From positions 9,302,001-9,366,000 of the forward strand of contig CM075993.1 of the NCBI GenBank assembly GCA_038087875.1: DNA of 64,000 nucleotides, written 5' to 3'. Origin of the DNA: Malacoraja senta. Its lineage: Eukaryota. Positions 49,793 to 62,495 of this stretch are shown here, piece by piece; the first letter of the stretch is position 1; every line of letters starts with the position of its first letter. Made by a program: the position numbers and the translations under genes. The notes beneath the pieces are model-generated. The model did not search any database. It was not told the DNA's origin and saw nothing but the letters and a program-made list of their open reading frames with translations.

Positions 49793-50466
49793 TCTTACTA
49801 AAAGTCTTCCTATTGTTTGTGTTTGTGCCCACGATGTGTCTCTGTGTCAATCTGGTTTTCCTATCTTCTTCCAAATGCTGGACCACAGGCTTCCCATTTT
49901 CACACATCCTACTCACATTTTCCCCCTGGTGGCGATAAACATCTTCACGTCGCATTTCCACCTAAATTTCCAGTTATTAATCGTTGAAATTTTAATAACA
50001 GCCAAAACCACCTTCTCACAGACTGCTTCCAGCCTTCTCAGTGATGTCACAATGTCTCTCACAGTGCACCAATCACAATTCAAGTTGGCTGCCGACTGCC
50101 ACAATGACATCACAATAGGACGTTGCCAACGGTAACAATAGGCTCTCAAGCTGACTGCCAACTGCCACAATGACATTACAATGGGTCGTTGCCAACAGTA
50201 ACGAAGTTGCTGCCCTTCTACCTATATATGGAGGGGCTGCTCATCAAATGCTGGTTGCATTTTGGTCCCACGATCCCGGTATTTCCAAAGTTATTAATCC
50301 TTGAAATTTAAAAACAGTCCCAAAAACACACCCATTTCAGAAAAAAAATTCTAAATGTTATGCTTTGCCCCGCTCGCTGCTTCCCCCTCACCCCCCTCCC
50401 TGCATTGTGGGAGCAGACCTAATGGGTCTGCACTTGGTCTAGTCTATATAACTAAAAGTCTGATGG

Positions 50467-50498
<32 letters not shown>

Positions 50499-51321
50499 TG
50501 ATCACATCCTGTCGAAAAAACGACGCGGTAACGGTAAATTTTTTACATATTCCGGTAGAGATTTTCCCCGTGGAGTCCAAAATCGCCTTATCTGAAAATG
50601 TCATGCTTTATTTCTCGAGTTATTACTGAAAATGTTCAAAAATCGGTTAAAAACTTTGAAATAAAAACGACTGTCCTTCGCTGATGACGTCACAATAGAC
50701 CTGCGTGCAGTTTTCCTCGCGTTGCGAGTGACGTCACCCCCCCACCACTCCCCACCCCCCCACCACTCCCCACCCCCCCTGTTATTCAAAAGACGCAGAA
50801 AGAACGAGCAAGTCGGGTTCTGGATTAAAGCCGCCGAACTTGCAGTCCTTTGTTTGACGCCCCACTGCCCGCCCCGCTCCCCCTCCCCCTTGGCCTCTCT
50901 CCTCTCTCCCCCGGCTGCCAGACCCGTTCCCCTCCTCCTCCTTCCCCCGGCCTCTCTCCTCTCTCTCCCCCACCATCCTCCTCTCTCTGTCTCTGCCCCG
51001 CTCTCTCTATCTCTGCCCCCCCCGCTCTCTACCCCCCCTCCCTCTCTAGACGCGCCTGCAAGTTGGGGACTATGTGTGAATGGATAGGGGGGGATGGGGT
51101 AAAAGGAGCGAATGAATACTAATATAATATCATGGGGGGTGGTTAATGTGTATGTGGGGGGGGGTGGTTAGTGTGTGTGTGGGGGGTGGTTAGTGTGTGT
51201 GGGGGGGAGGTGGTTAGTGTGTGTGTGTCTGGGGGGTGGTTAGTGCGCGTGTGTGTGTGTGTGTGTGTGGGGTGGTTAGTGTGTGTGTGTGTGGTGTGTG
51301 TGTGGGGGTGGGGTGGTGGTG
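49793..51321 (+). mobile_element. Two Helitron-like units in head-to-tail tandem; the second runs into an assembly gap
   Basis: Junction gcacttggtCTAG|TCTATATAACTAAAAG at 50442/50443. Confidence 0.65.
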
Positions 51322-51521
51322 NNNNNNNNNNNNNNNNNNNNNNNNNNNNNNNNNNNNNNNNNNNNNNNNNNNNNNNNNNNNNNNNNNNNNNNNNNNNNNN
51401 NNNNNNNNNNNNNNNNNNNNNNNNNNNNNNNNNNNNNNNNNNNNNNNNNNNNNNNNNNNNNNNNNNNNNNNNNNNNNNNNNNNNNNNNNNNNNNNNNNNN
51501 NNNNNNNNNNNNNNNNNNNNN
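51322..51521. other. Assembly gap (200 N)
   Basis: Run of exactly 200 N after a GT/G-rich low-complexity tract. Confidence 1.
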
Positions 51522-51559
51522 CGTTTAAATCACTTTTTTAAACAATTTCAGTGAGTCTC

Positions 51560-52459
51560 CGTTATGTTTGTAGGAGCTATTCTACTTTTTAATGTTTGGT
51601 GAAGGGGGCAACGACATTTCTAGGTCCCTACCTGGTTGGTGAGGCAGCTTTTTCTCCGGGCTGCCCCGTCGATCCGTCCTCGTGGCCTACCAGCGGGCCT
51701 GGAGCGCCGTTTCCTGGCGGAACCGCCCTGCACCTCGGCTTCAGTGGCGGCACAGCGCTGGGGCGCTATCGTGGAGCGTAGCGGGCGATGCCTTGCCTGG
51801 GTCGCCGCGCTGGATCGACGCGCTGGAGCTCCGGTAAGCTGTGACCGCCGAGGTCAACACCTCCGGGCTGCGGGACTGCGGAGAGGATCGGGCGGCGCCG
51901 ACTTTAACATCGGGAGCCTTGGAGCTCCAAACCGGCGCGGCCTTGTCGGCTTCGGTAGCTGCGGCCTCCGGTGAGGGATGCGGCCGTTCCAGGTGGCCCA
52001 GCCGCTAGAGGACTCTCCCGACGCCGGGGCAACATCACCCGGTGAGAACGGCCAGGAACATCGGGCCTCCGTAGAGGCAATAGCGGAGGACTCAATAGGC
52101 CTGACTTTGGGTGAACTGGGGTTGGGGACTGGACATTGTGCCTTCCCCCACAGTGGAAACCATTGTGGGAGGATGATTTTTGTATGTTGTGTCTATGTTA
52201 GTCTGTGTCCAAGGTGGCAGTCGGAGGGGAGAGTGGACGCTGGCGCGGTTTAGCTGCCGCTGCTCTCTCCTCACATTGTGTTTCTGATTTTCTTTTTTTG
52301 TGTCTTTGGATTGAATTCTGTCTTTCATTTTGTGTAATTGTGATGTCTTTATAACCTATTTTATCCCGATTATTTGTTTTTTTGTTTAACACTGTAAGGT
52401 GTCCTTGAGACTTTGGTATAGGCGCCCACAAATAAAATTTATTATTATTATTATTATTA
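51560..52459 (+). repeat. Unclassified GC-rich SINE-like element with (ATT)n tail
   Basis: CpG-rich core ending aaataaaatttattattattattatt; no credible ORF. Confidence 0.5.
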
Positions 52460-53214
52460 CCTGAAAATCAGTATTTTGCTGAGGAAATCAGTATTTTTAC
52501 GCAGTACCATTTTGCTGAAAAAAATGTTTTTTTTAATGTGCGGTTATACCCATGTAAGAGTAGAAGAATGCATAACTTTGCTACCAATTGACATGTCTTC
52601 TACGCACCTTAATTGACAGCGCATTCATTGCCATCTCTTCGTATACTTTTCACCACTAGTCTTATCCAGAATTCTATCGCTGCTTGCAAAATAATCAAAG
52701 GCTCAAAGAGAATTCCAAAGACTCATTGTTATACGAGAATTTTTCTGAAGAGTCTGTGACCCATAGCGCTGTGGCCATAGCGCTATGTGTAAAGACCATA
52801 GCGCTGTATAAAGCCCATAGCGCTCCAGCCGGTAGCGCTATTTTTAGAACCCAGTGCGCAGTCGACAGCTCTTCGTTTAAATTCCCACAAGTTAAACTGA
52901 CAGCGCTTTGTTTAAACCTGGAGCGGGACAGGCAGCGACTCTGGAGAGAAGGAATGGGTGACGTTTCTGGTCGAGACCCTTTTTCAGATGGAACTGAACT
53001 CCGTATTTAAAATCCGTATTTAACAACGTACATCGTACATCAGTATCCTTATCGCATTTCCGTACAAAATACGGAAAATCTGTACTACTTGGCAGCTCTG
53101 CTAGTGAGAGCCTCATCTATAATGGAAGAGAGGAACCCCCGTTTCTGAAAGAATGAGGATATCTCCGATGCCATGGTATGGAAAACCTCATCCTAGGCGC
53201 CGATGCGGCGTAGC

Positions 53215-53450
53215 TATAGAGTAGTTCTTGATGAGAGAGGTTCACCGATGGGCTAGGTTGTGACCTGCGCCGCGGACGGTGGCCGAGAGAGAGGGAGGTG
53301 TGCTGCTGTAAAATGGGCCCCCGCGCATTCCGAGATAAGTATTGTTTTTATTCTCTCTCGTGCCAATAAATCTGATCTGTAACTCAAAACTGACAAGTGT
53401 GCCTTTTTTCTGTTCTACTAGTCAGATCCTTTAACCAGTTCCTTTGTAAC
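53215..53450 (+). mobile_element. Possible 3' part of a solo LTR
   Basis: AATAAA at ~53366 followed by a U5-like T-rich tract ending TGTAACA. 5' end and TSD not found. Confidence 0.3.
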
Positions 53451-53784
53451 AATACCTCAACAATAATTCTTACTAGAATATCAATCAGCATAGAATCAGG
53501 GTCCTGCATTCCCAGGTACTGCGCTCATTAAATAAAAAAAATACAAGTTCTTACGTACAATTCACAGAATGCTCACAGCATTAAAAGAGGTCAGATTCTG
53601 TTACACCAGCAGTGCAAAAGGAATCCAGCCAATCTCACTCTGTCCTATCTCCAAAGCCCTGCAAAATTATTTTCTCTTAGATACTCATCTCAGAACACTC
53701 CAGTTGAATCAACCCCACTGCTATCCTGGTAGTGCAGCCCAGATACTAACCATTTACCTTTTGTTTTAATCCTCATGTCACTTA

Positions 53785-54340
53785 CGTTAGTGAGACCGTA
53801 TTTAGAATATTGTGTTCAGTTCTAGGCACCATGTTATAGGAAAGATATTGTCAAGCTTGAAAGGGTTCAGAAATGATTTACAAGGATGTTGCCAGGACTA
53901 GAGGGTGTGAGCTATAGGGATAGGTTGAGTAGGCTGGGTCTCTATTGCATGGAGCGCAGGAGGATGAGGGGATATCTTATAGAGGTGAACAAAATCATGA
54001 GAGGAATAGATCGGGTAGATGCACAGTCTTTTGCCCAGAGTAGGGAATCGAGGAACAGAGGACGTAGGTTCAAGGTGAAGGCGAAAAGATTTAAAAGGAA
54101 TCTGAGGGGTAACTTTTTCACACAAAGGGTGGTAGGTGTACGGAACAAGCTGCCAGAGGAGTTAGTTCAGGCTGGGACTATCCCATCGTTTAAGAAGCAG
54201 TTAGACAGATACATGGATAAGACAGGTTTGGAGGGATAGGGACCAAGTGGCAAGCAGGTGGGACGAGTGTTGCTGGGACATTGTTGCCTGGTGTGGGCGA
54301 GATGGGCCGAAGGGCCTATTTCCACACTATATCATTCTAT
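53785..54340 (+). mobile_element. CR1-clade LINE 3' fragment
   Basis: MLPGLEG.SY..RL..LGLY..ERRRMRG...FFTQRVV motif set. Confidence 0.8.
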
Positions 54341-55949
54341 GATTAATCATTCAATGTCTCTTAGTCTCAGAACAGTTTTCTATCAACACCCACCATGGGT
54401 ATCCCATCACATCACTCATTCCATCACAACTCATTCCAAAAGCACGGGAGTGATAGATTAATTGGCCACTTCAAATAAACTGCCACTAGTGTGTAGGTGA
54501 GTGGTAGAATTGAGAGGTGGGGAAGGAAAAGTTGGAAACATGGGAAGAATAACATTTGATTAATGTAAATGGCTGCTTGAAGGTCACCTTGGTGGGCCAT
54601 GGGACCATTTCCATGCTCCATAACTATCGCCCTGAAAAGTCTGTTCCAAGAATCTTAGCATCTCCACTATCTTTTTATAATTGAAACCCCTCATCCATGC
54701 AATCATCTTGGTGAATCATTCTAGCAGTTACATTCTGCCTAGAATGTGGCACCCAGGACTCAATGCTACACTCCAGTAGTGGCTAAACCAGTATATTATA
54801 AATAATTGGTGACGCATATGACAACAGGTGCTGGAATCCTGAACAAAAAATAGTGTTGGAGGAATTCAGCAAATTCATGCAGCGTATGTGGATAGGCTTC
54901 CTGGTCGGGACCCTTCCTCAGACTGATAGAAGTGAGGGAAATCTGGAAAAGAGGTAGGGGTGGAGAAAAGCTTGGCAAGTGATAGTTAGATACAATTGAG
55001 GTGAGAGTCATTGGGAGATGGGTGGAAAAGGCTAGAGTTGATAAAGAGACAAGGGGCGTCAAACAAGAAAAGAAATGTAAACGTGAAATGCAAAATTATA
55101 TTAGCCTGACCCAATGAGTTCCTCCAGCATTTTGATTTTTTCTTTTTAAAAGTTTATTCTGACTCCCTTGCTCATGTTCATCCAATTTTTTTATTTTTTA
55201 TTTAATATGTGCATCAACTACTTGTGCAATTTTCAACAAAATTTGCATTTACCCTGGCTCTAGCTATTTTTGTTTAATCTGATATTGCCTTTACTCATCT
55301 TCCCTACCAAAATGTAACAATTTACTTTCTCTCGATAGAGGGATTGAAAATTATTGGTCATCCATCATTCCGGCTTCTGCCAATTATTTATATCCTGAGA
55401 TGCAGCTTTTGCACAACTACTAGACAACATTCAGAGAAACTTTGGATCGTCTCCCTACTCAAGGGAATGGCGTTTCCCTTATCAACACCATTAAAAGACA
55501 AACACTTAAACATGTCAATCTAATTTTATCAGCTAATTTAAAAGGGACCTTTGCCTCCAAAATAAATAGACCAATACATTTAAAGAGAAATTTGAAACAT
55601 CCAGGGTATGTAGAGGATAGATCGTGGCATTAAAATGGATTGATCTTTGAGTTCTGTACAAATACTCTCAGCTAAATGTGCTCCATTAACTTCTACAAAA
55701 ATAACATGTTTCATATAGTTCTTCTAACATTATCCCAGTCACATTTCAAATTATGAAATTATTGATTGCTGCGAATCGTCAGTCAACAGCTATTCACCAT
55801 TATTCTCATCAAATAACAGGAGCCAACATAACCAAAATGCAGTTGCAAATATTAATAAGGTAACAGCAAATAAAATGGAAAATTATCATATATGATGTAC
55901 TTTAAAACTTTTGTAAACTAATGCTGCTTATTGCATGAAAATGCTCTAC

Positions 55950-56045
55950 CTCTTTCACATTGTGCTCCTGTAAATCCATATGTACATGCACAACGATTGG
56001 GAGCGACGCATCTTCCGTTATTCAAACAACCTTTCTCACAGGTAG
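55950..56045 (-). CDS. FBN1: Next fibrillin-1 coding exon, EGF-like domain: (P)[31 protein letters not shown](D)
   Basis: 96-nt phase 1-1 exon with acceptor atttttcAG and donor GTAGAG, splicing in frame with the 60357-60452 exon. [15 protein letters not shown] fits recalled FBN1 better than FBN2 (CQN..RCIGPNRCACVY). Confidence 0.93.
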
Positions 56046-57635
56046 CTGAAAAATAATTTAAAATAATAAGATTTGTTTAAATCGGTTCCATTTTACAAAT
56101 AAGCGTGTCTGCATACTTTAGCCATGCACGTTTTCCAAAATATTAAGTCCCAGGTATATGCAGTTCAAAATTGTATGTTTAAATAAGGAAGCCAACCATG
56201 GTTAGTCTGATATTGTTTGGTTGATATGCACAACTTACATCAACTTTACAAAATAAATATATATATCAGTGGAAGTATTGAAAGAGATTTTTAATAATTA
56301 ACTATTTGATCATTAGCTACGCAACACACACTGTACTTACGAAGATTGAGTGTTTTATAATGCAGACTCCAAACTTTTACAACAAATGGGAACAAAGGAG
56401 AGCTTGGACAGACGAGGACTTTATTCCTCGGAGCACAGAAGGTTAAAGGGTGATCTTACAGGGCTGTATAAAACAATAACATGAATAGGTATAGTGCCTC
56501 GCCAACAGTCAATCTGTCCTTTCTTCTTTTTTGTTATTTTTAGTATGTGTTAAAAGTATGTTTTAGTGTTCCTTGGTTTGTTTTATGTGGGGGGTGGGGT
56601 AACTTTTTCCAATAGATTTCTTTCCGTATCGTATCTCAGTCCCCACTGCGGCCTAACATCTTGGAGTTGGCGGCCTTTCCTGGAGAAAAACCAGGCCGCG
56701 GGACTTTAACATCGCGAAGCTTGCGATCCCTTTGCCGGGGATCGAAGCTCCAACCGCGGGCCTGTGGACTTTAACATCATTAAGCCCGCGTTCTCTGGTA
56801 AGAAGAGGCCGATTCGGGAGCTCCATGTCACGGAAAGAGTTTCAACCGCCCCGACGTGGGAGTTTCGATCACCCCGACGGGGGCTTCGATCGTCAGCTGC
56901 GGGGGCTTTGATCGCCCCGCCTGCAGATGGTTTGACTGCCCCGACCGCAGGAGAACAAAGAGGAAGAAGCTTGAACTTTATTGCCTTCCATCCCAAGTGA
57001 GGAATAAACATCCACCGCAGTGGATTCCACATGTTAACTTTTATGTGGTTGTATGTCTTGTTGCTTTTCACTTGGTATGGCTGTATGGTAACTCAAATTT
57101 CACTGTATCTTAACTGGTACATGTGACAATAAACTGTCCTTGAAACCTTTAACCTGAGTAAGTAAATCAATAAACAGAGGATATAGGTGTAATAGGAACC
57201 CGAGCAGTATTTTTTTTTCACACTGAGGTTGGTGGTTATGTTCAACCAGGTGCTAGAGGAGGTAGTTGAGGCAGGTACGATAACAGCATTTAAAAGACAT
57301 TTGGACAGGTACACGGATAGGAAGGTATTAGAGGGATATGGGCCAAACTCATTGCTAGGTGGGACTAGTGTAAATGGGGCATAATGGTCGGCACAAACAA
57401 GTTGGGCCAAAATAAATGTTCCCACAACAGAGGGCGAAAAGACATAATCACTCCAGTCACCAATACATGATTCTGTAATCCCTAGCTGATCTGTGCAGAA
57501 AAGGGTAATGGGATAGTCCTAGGACAATAGATCTAATGTTACTTGGGGATGTACAGCAGAAATATAGACAAATAAAGTTGAAATGAACAAATAGAAAAAT
57601 AATGGAAAGAAGGATAGCTGTCAAGTTATTCATGT

Positions 57636-60200
57636 TCATACCATTGGTTGTAAGCTGCCCTTGCAGTTTGTGTGTGGGCTGGCAATGGAGGAGGGACAGG
57701 ACAGAAAGGTCAGTATGGAAATGGGAGTTAAATGGTTAGCAACTGAGAGGACCAGTAGGCATTGGCAGACCGAGCGTAAGTGTTCAGCAAAGCAATCACT
57801 GAGCCTACGATGTACAGGAGACCAAATCGGGAACACCGGATACAGTAGATTAGGTTAGCGTAGCTGCACATGAACCTATGTCTCTCCTGGAAGGATTGTT
57901 GGGGAGAAGGCGGTGGGCGGAGATATCGGGACAAGCGGTTACAGGGAAAGCACCTAGGGAGAGAGTGGGAAGGAATGACTGAATGAAGGAGTTGCAGAGA
58001 GAGAAATCTCTCCGAAAGGGGGTAGAGATGGGTAGATGTAAGTAGTGGTGCAATCATGTTGGGGGAGACTAAAATGTCGGAGTATGATGCTTTGGATGCA
58101 GAGGCTGGTGGGGTGAAAGGTAAGGATCAGGGGAACTCCATCCTTATTGTGTCTGTGCTTGAAGTGGGAGCGAGAGCATTACTACAGGACACAGAGGAGA
58201 TGCAGGTGAAGAATCCATCTATGACAGCCGAGAGGAGAAACCACGTTCACTAAAGAATGAGGACATTCCGGATGTCCTCTAATGTAACGTCTCATCTTGG
58301 GAGCAAATGCGATGGAGACGGACAAATTGAGAGTAGGGGAGAGCATCTTTGCAAGAGGCAAGATGGGAAGTCCAGATAACTATGGGAGTTAGAAGGTTTT
58401 TAGTCAGTCGTCAGTCAATAGTCTGTCCCATAATGGAGACAGAGCTATCAATAAAGGAGAGAGGTGTCAGAGATAGTCTAGGTGAAATTGAGGGCAGGGT
58501 GGAAGTTAGCGGAGAAGCTAATGAAATCAATGTTCTACACAGGTGCGGAGACAGCCCCGATTTGGTCGTCAATGTAGTGGAAAAAGAGTTGGAGGATGGT
58601 GCCAGTGTACATCTGGAACAAAGACTATTTGTCATAACCAACAAAAGGCAGGCATAACTGGGGCCCATGGCTACACCTTTAACTTGGAGAGAGAGGAGTT
58701 GAAAGAGAAGTTGTTGAGCGTGACGACAAGTTCAGCCAGTCGGAGGAGCATGTTAGGAGAGCGAAATTGGTTGGGTCTCTATTCAAGGAGGGGTTTAAGA
58801 CCATCCTGGTGGGCCATGAAGATTTAGAGGGACTCAATGTGCATGGTAAAGATGAGGAAATGAGGGCCTAGAAATTGAAAGTTATTGAAGAGGGGGAGAC
58901 AGGGGGTATAGGATAGAATCAAGGTATGTGGAGTCTAGTTCAATGAGGCAGGAGCGGGCAGAAACAATGGGCCTGCCAAAGCAGTCCTGTTTGTAGATTT
59001 TGGGAAGGAGATAGAAGCAGGCAGTGCAGGGCTGGGGAAACATTAAGGCTGGAGGCTGCAGAGGACAGATCAGCAGAGAGAGCAGAAATAGTCTGGTAGA
59101 TGATGGCTCGGTGTTCATCTGTGAGGTCATGGTCAACGGTTAGGTATGAGGAGATATTCAAGAGCTGCCGCATCGCCTCAGCATAGTGGAGGTTGCCTTG
59201 CAGACTACAATGCCACCTTCCTTATCAGCGGGTTTAAGAAGAATTTTGGGAATGTTGCAAAGTGAGCGATGGGCTGTGCATTGATGGTGAGATCGGAGTG
59301 GATAAGGCGAGTTGAGAAGTCAAGACGGTTGATGTTGCATCAGCAATTGAAAATAAAAAGTGCCAGAGAGGGAAGAAGGCCAGCAGGTGGATTCTAAGGC
59401 AAGGCAAGGCAAGTTTATTTGTATAGCACCTTTCAACCACAAGGTAATTCAAAGTGCTTTACATAAGACATTTAAAGCATTTGAAAGAAACACATATAAA
59501 ATGACATTTAGATATAAAATGATTATTAGATTATTCAGATAAAATAATTACAAAATTAAAAGCAATCAAATAAAATATTTAAAATAGAATAAAACCAGGA
59601 ATAGAAGTTACAGTGCAGTATAGGTAATTAATAAATTGTATTGTTTACTGAAAGGCAGCGGCAAACAGAAAAGTCTTCAGTCTAGATTTAAAAGAGCTGA
59701 GAGTTGCAGCAGACCTGCAGTTTTCTGGGAGTTTGTTCCAGATATGTGGTGCATAAAAACTAAATGTTGCCTCTCAATGTTTAGTTCTGACTCTGGGGAC
59801 ACAGAGCAGACCTGTCCCAGACGATCTGAGAGGTCTGGGTGGTTCATAGCTAAGCAGAAGATCAGAAATGTATTTTGGCCCTAAACCATTCAGTGCTATG
59901 TAGACCAACAGTAGTATTTTGAAATCAATTCTTTGACAGACAAGAAGCCAATGTAAAGACCTCAGAACTGGAGTAATGTGATCTACTAAGAGGAGGAATG
60001 CTGGAGAGGGGAAAAGGGGTAGTCACTGGAGGGGCAAGGACTCCTTACAACAGGTAAAGGTCCAAAGGCAGGGGTGACAGAAGAGCTTTACATCATGGAG
60101 GGTGAGGGTATTAGGGTACAAAGGTATGGCCTCTGTAGGGGACTGACAGATCTGTATTGGAAGGAGGGAGGTTGGCGGGGGGGGTTGAAAATATGAGGGA
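57636..60200 (-). mobile_element. Degenerate Penelope-like element (RT and GIY-YIG remnants)
   Basis: Fragments FYLLPKIYKQDCFGRPIVSA, MGPSYACL and RFMCS.ANLIYCIRCSR in several frames. Confidence 0.75.
59396..59986 (-). mobile_element. 3' fragment of a second L2 family with (GCCTT)n tail, inserted in a Penelope copy
   Basis: Minus strand translates to VDHITPVLRSLHWL..QRIDFKILLLVY.ALNGLGPKYISDLL. The tail reads aaggcaaggcaaggcaag on the + strand. Confidence 0.75.
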
Positions 60201-60356
60201 TATGGATCACGTGCAGGCATATAAAATTGGTCTCGGCATCATGTTCGGCATATATACTGTGGGCCTAAGGGCATATTCTTGAGCTATACTGTTCTAGTAT
60301 CTAATATATGGAACTTCATCAATAAAGATATCAAAAAGGCCTGCAGTAATACTCAC

Positions 60357-60452
60357 GCTGTCCACAGTGTGTCCCAATAAACCCCTTCTGACAAATACAA
60401 TGATCCTCAGCACAAGAGCCACCGTTCATGCATCTAATGTTGCACTGCTGGA
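60357..60452 (-). CDS. FBN1: Fibrillin-1 internal coding exon, EGF-like domain: (x)[31 protein letters not shown](P)
   Basis: Hand translation of the minus strand gives a 96-nt phase 1-1 exon with acceptor ...ttttattacAG and donor GTGAGT. The peptide matches recalled FBN1 [33 protein letters not shown]. Confidence 0.93.
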
Positions 60453-60948
60453 CTGTAATAAAAAAGTTATTTAGGACAGAACATAATCAAACTATTTCAA
60501 CATCCTCATGGATTTGAAAACATGAATGTTAAATACAAATTAAAATGAAATCAAAATATAAAATTGTAACCATTTTGCCCTAAATCAGAAGCATTTAGCT
60601 TAAAAGGAGCATGATAAACTACATTGATAAGATATATATGAACATTTGCATTTAAATAGGCCAGTCCCAGGCAAGCTCCAAAAGTAAACTTTGGTGTTTC
60701 TGTCCTAACTTGCTTACAATAATATAAACAGTTCGAGCTTTAGGCTTCACTAAGTCAGTCAATATTATATGACCACCTTTATTCTTAAATTAGGCAGTTC
60801 CAAGTTGCCAAATACAATTTCCTAAGGCTCATCGCTGATCAGGAATAAAAGGTTAAGCATTGAAGATTTACTTGTACAAGACAATGAGAAGTAAATTGCT
60901 ATAACCCAGGTTAACTAACTACAAATATATGCACGCACCATAGTCAAT

Positions 60949-61434
60949 GTCAAGTCAAGTCACATTTATTTATATAGCACATTTAAAAAACAACTCTCGT
61001 TGGCCAAAGTGCTTTACATTTGTTATAAGAATAGCACAACAAAACAAACTACATACATATATACATATAGCCCTCACTCAGAGGACGTCAGGAAAGGCTT
61101 GGGAGTATAGATAAGTCTTTAGTCTTGACTTAAAAGAGTCGATGGAGGGGGCAGTTCTGATGGGAAAGGGGATGCTGTTCCATAGTCTAGGAGCTGCAAC
61201 CGCAAAGGCGCGGTCGCCCCTGAGCTTATGCCTAGACCGTGGGATATTCAGCAACCCCAAGTCGGCCGATCTGAGGGGCCTGGAGGTGGAGTGGTGGGTG
61301 AGAAGACTTTTTATGTAGGTGGGGGCAAGCCCATTGAGGGCTTTGTAGACATGGAGGAGGATCTTGAAGTTTATACGGAACCGCACAGGGAGCCAGTGGA
61401 GAGAGGCCAGGATCGGGGTGATGTGGTCCCTTTT
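60949..61434 (-). mobile_element. Short 3' fragment of the same L2 family
   Basis: Near-identical reverse complement of ~33900-34383 with a (GACTT)n tail. Confidence 0.9.
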
Positions 61435-62197
61435 TTGAAGAAAGGGAATGCTCAAAGAAATCCCATTGCCAGATGGCATCAGCTTTCTCACAAGGAGGTA
61501 GTGGTATCACTAAATAGCAATCAAGATCTTAATTAAAAGGAGCAGTGAAAAATAACAAACTTTCAACTTTGGTTAATATTTCAGCAATTCTTACTAAGTG
61601 GCCAGAGAGCGGCTTTGAAAAATACTCTGAAGATGCTGTTGACTAACTTCTTGTAACCTAGCCGAGGAACAAATACTGCAACCACAGGAAGAAAGGTGGA
61701 TTGGAGATGGAAATCCAGCAGGTCAAAAATATGAGGATTTATTAGGGAAAAAGTTGGATGTGGATAGCATATATTAAAGTCTATCTATCCTAAGGTTATG
61801 AAACAAACAAACAGCAGACAGTGGAGACTCACTTGGCGTAAATGCAGATTTAATCTGCTTCGCCAAATTCCAACTGACATGTTCCTGCCAAAAAAACACA
61901 TTTTCCTACATCAGTGCATTCCTCCTCTGTTACGCTGCAGCAAAAAAAGTCATTTCTTGGGTTCAAAAGAAGTACTGTTTATGTAAACATAAGTGTTCCC
62001 AACATAACCATAGGAAATAATTTTTTTAATGAAATTTGCACATCACACAATTTCCTGTTTAGAAAATGATAAAATCACTAGTTTGTTCGATTACTTAAAC
62101 TTAACGAAAATAATACTTACATTGTTAGCAATGCACATTATATACTACAATATACAAAATATTGGCAATATTCACCAAAACTGAATACAAGATTCAG

Positions 62198-62495
62198 GGT
62201 GGCAGGGTGGTACAGCAGTAGAGTTGCTGCCTGACAGCGCCAGGGACCTAGGTTCGATCCTGACTACGGGTGCTGTCTGTACAGAGTTTGTACGTTCTCC
62301 CCGTGACCTGCATGGGCTTTCCCCGGGAGGTCTGGTTTCCTTCCACACTCCAAAGACCTACAGGTTTGTAGACAAATTGGCTTGGTAAAATTGTAAATTG
62401 TCTGTAACTTGCAACTAAGAAAGTTAGTGTGTGGGGATCACCAGTCAGCGTGGACTCAGTGGGCCAAAGGGCCTGTATCTCTAAACTAAACTAAA
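62198..62495 (+). mobile_element. HE1-like tRNA-derived V-SINE (representative; others at ~14195-14420, ~16925-17215, ~43590-43890, ~47975-48200 and, on the minus strand, ~47680-47830)
   Basis: A-box/B-box-like ggtggtacagcagtag ... ggttcgatcc; V-domain gttctccccgtg...tggtttccttccacactccaaagac; CR1-like 3' end; (ctaaa)n tail. Confidence 0.8.

Noticed and set aside
62198..62275. tRNA gene
   Set aside because: A/B boxes belong to the tRNA-derived head of a V-SINE; no complete cloverleaf.
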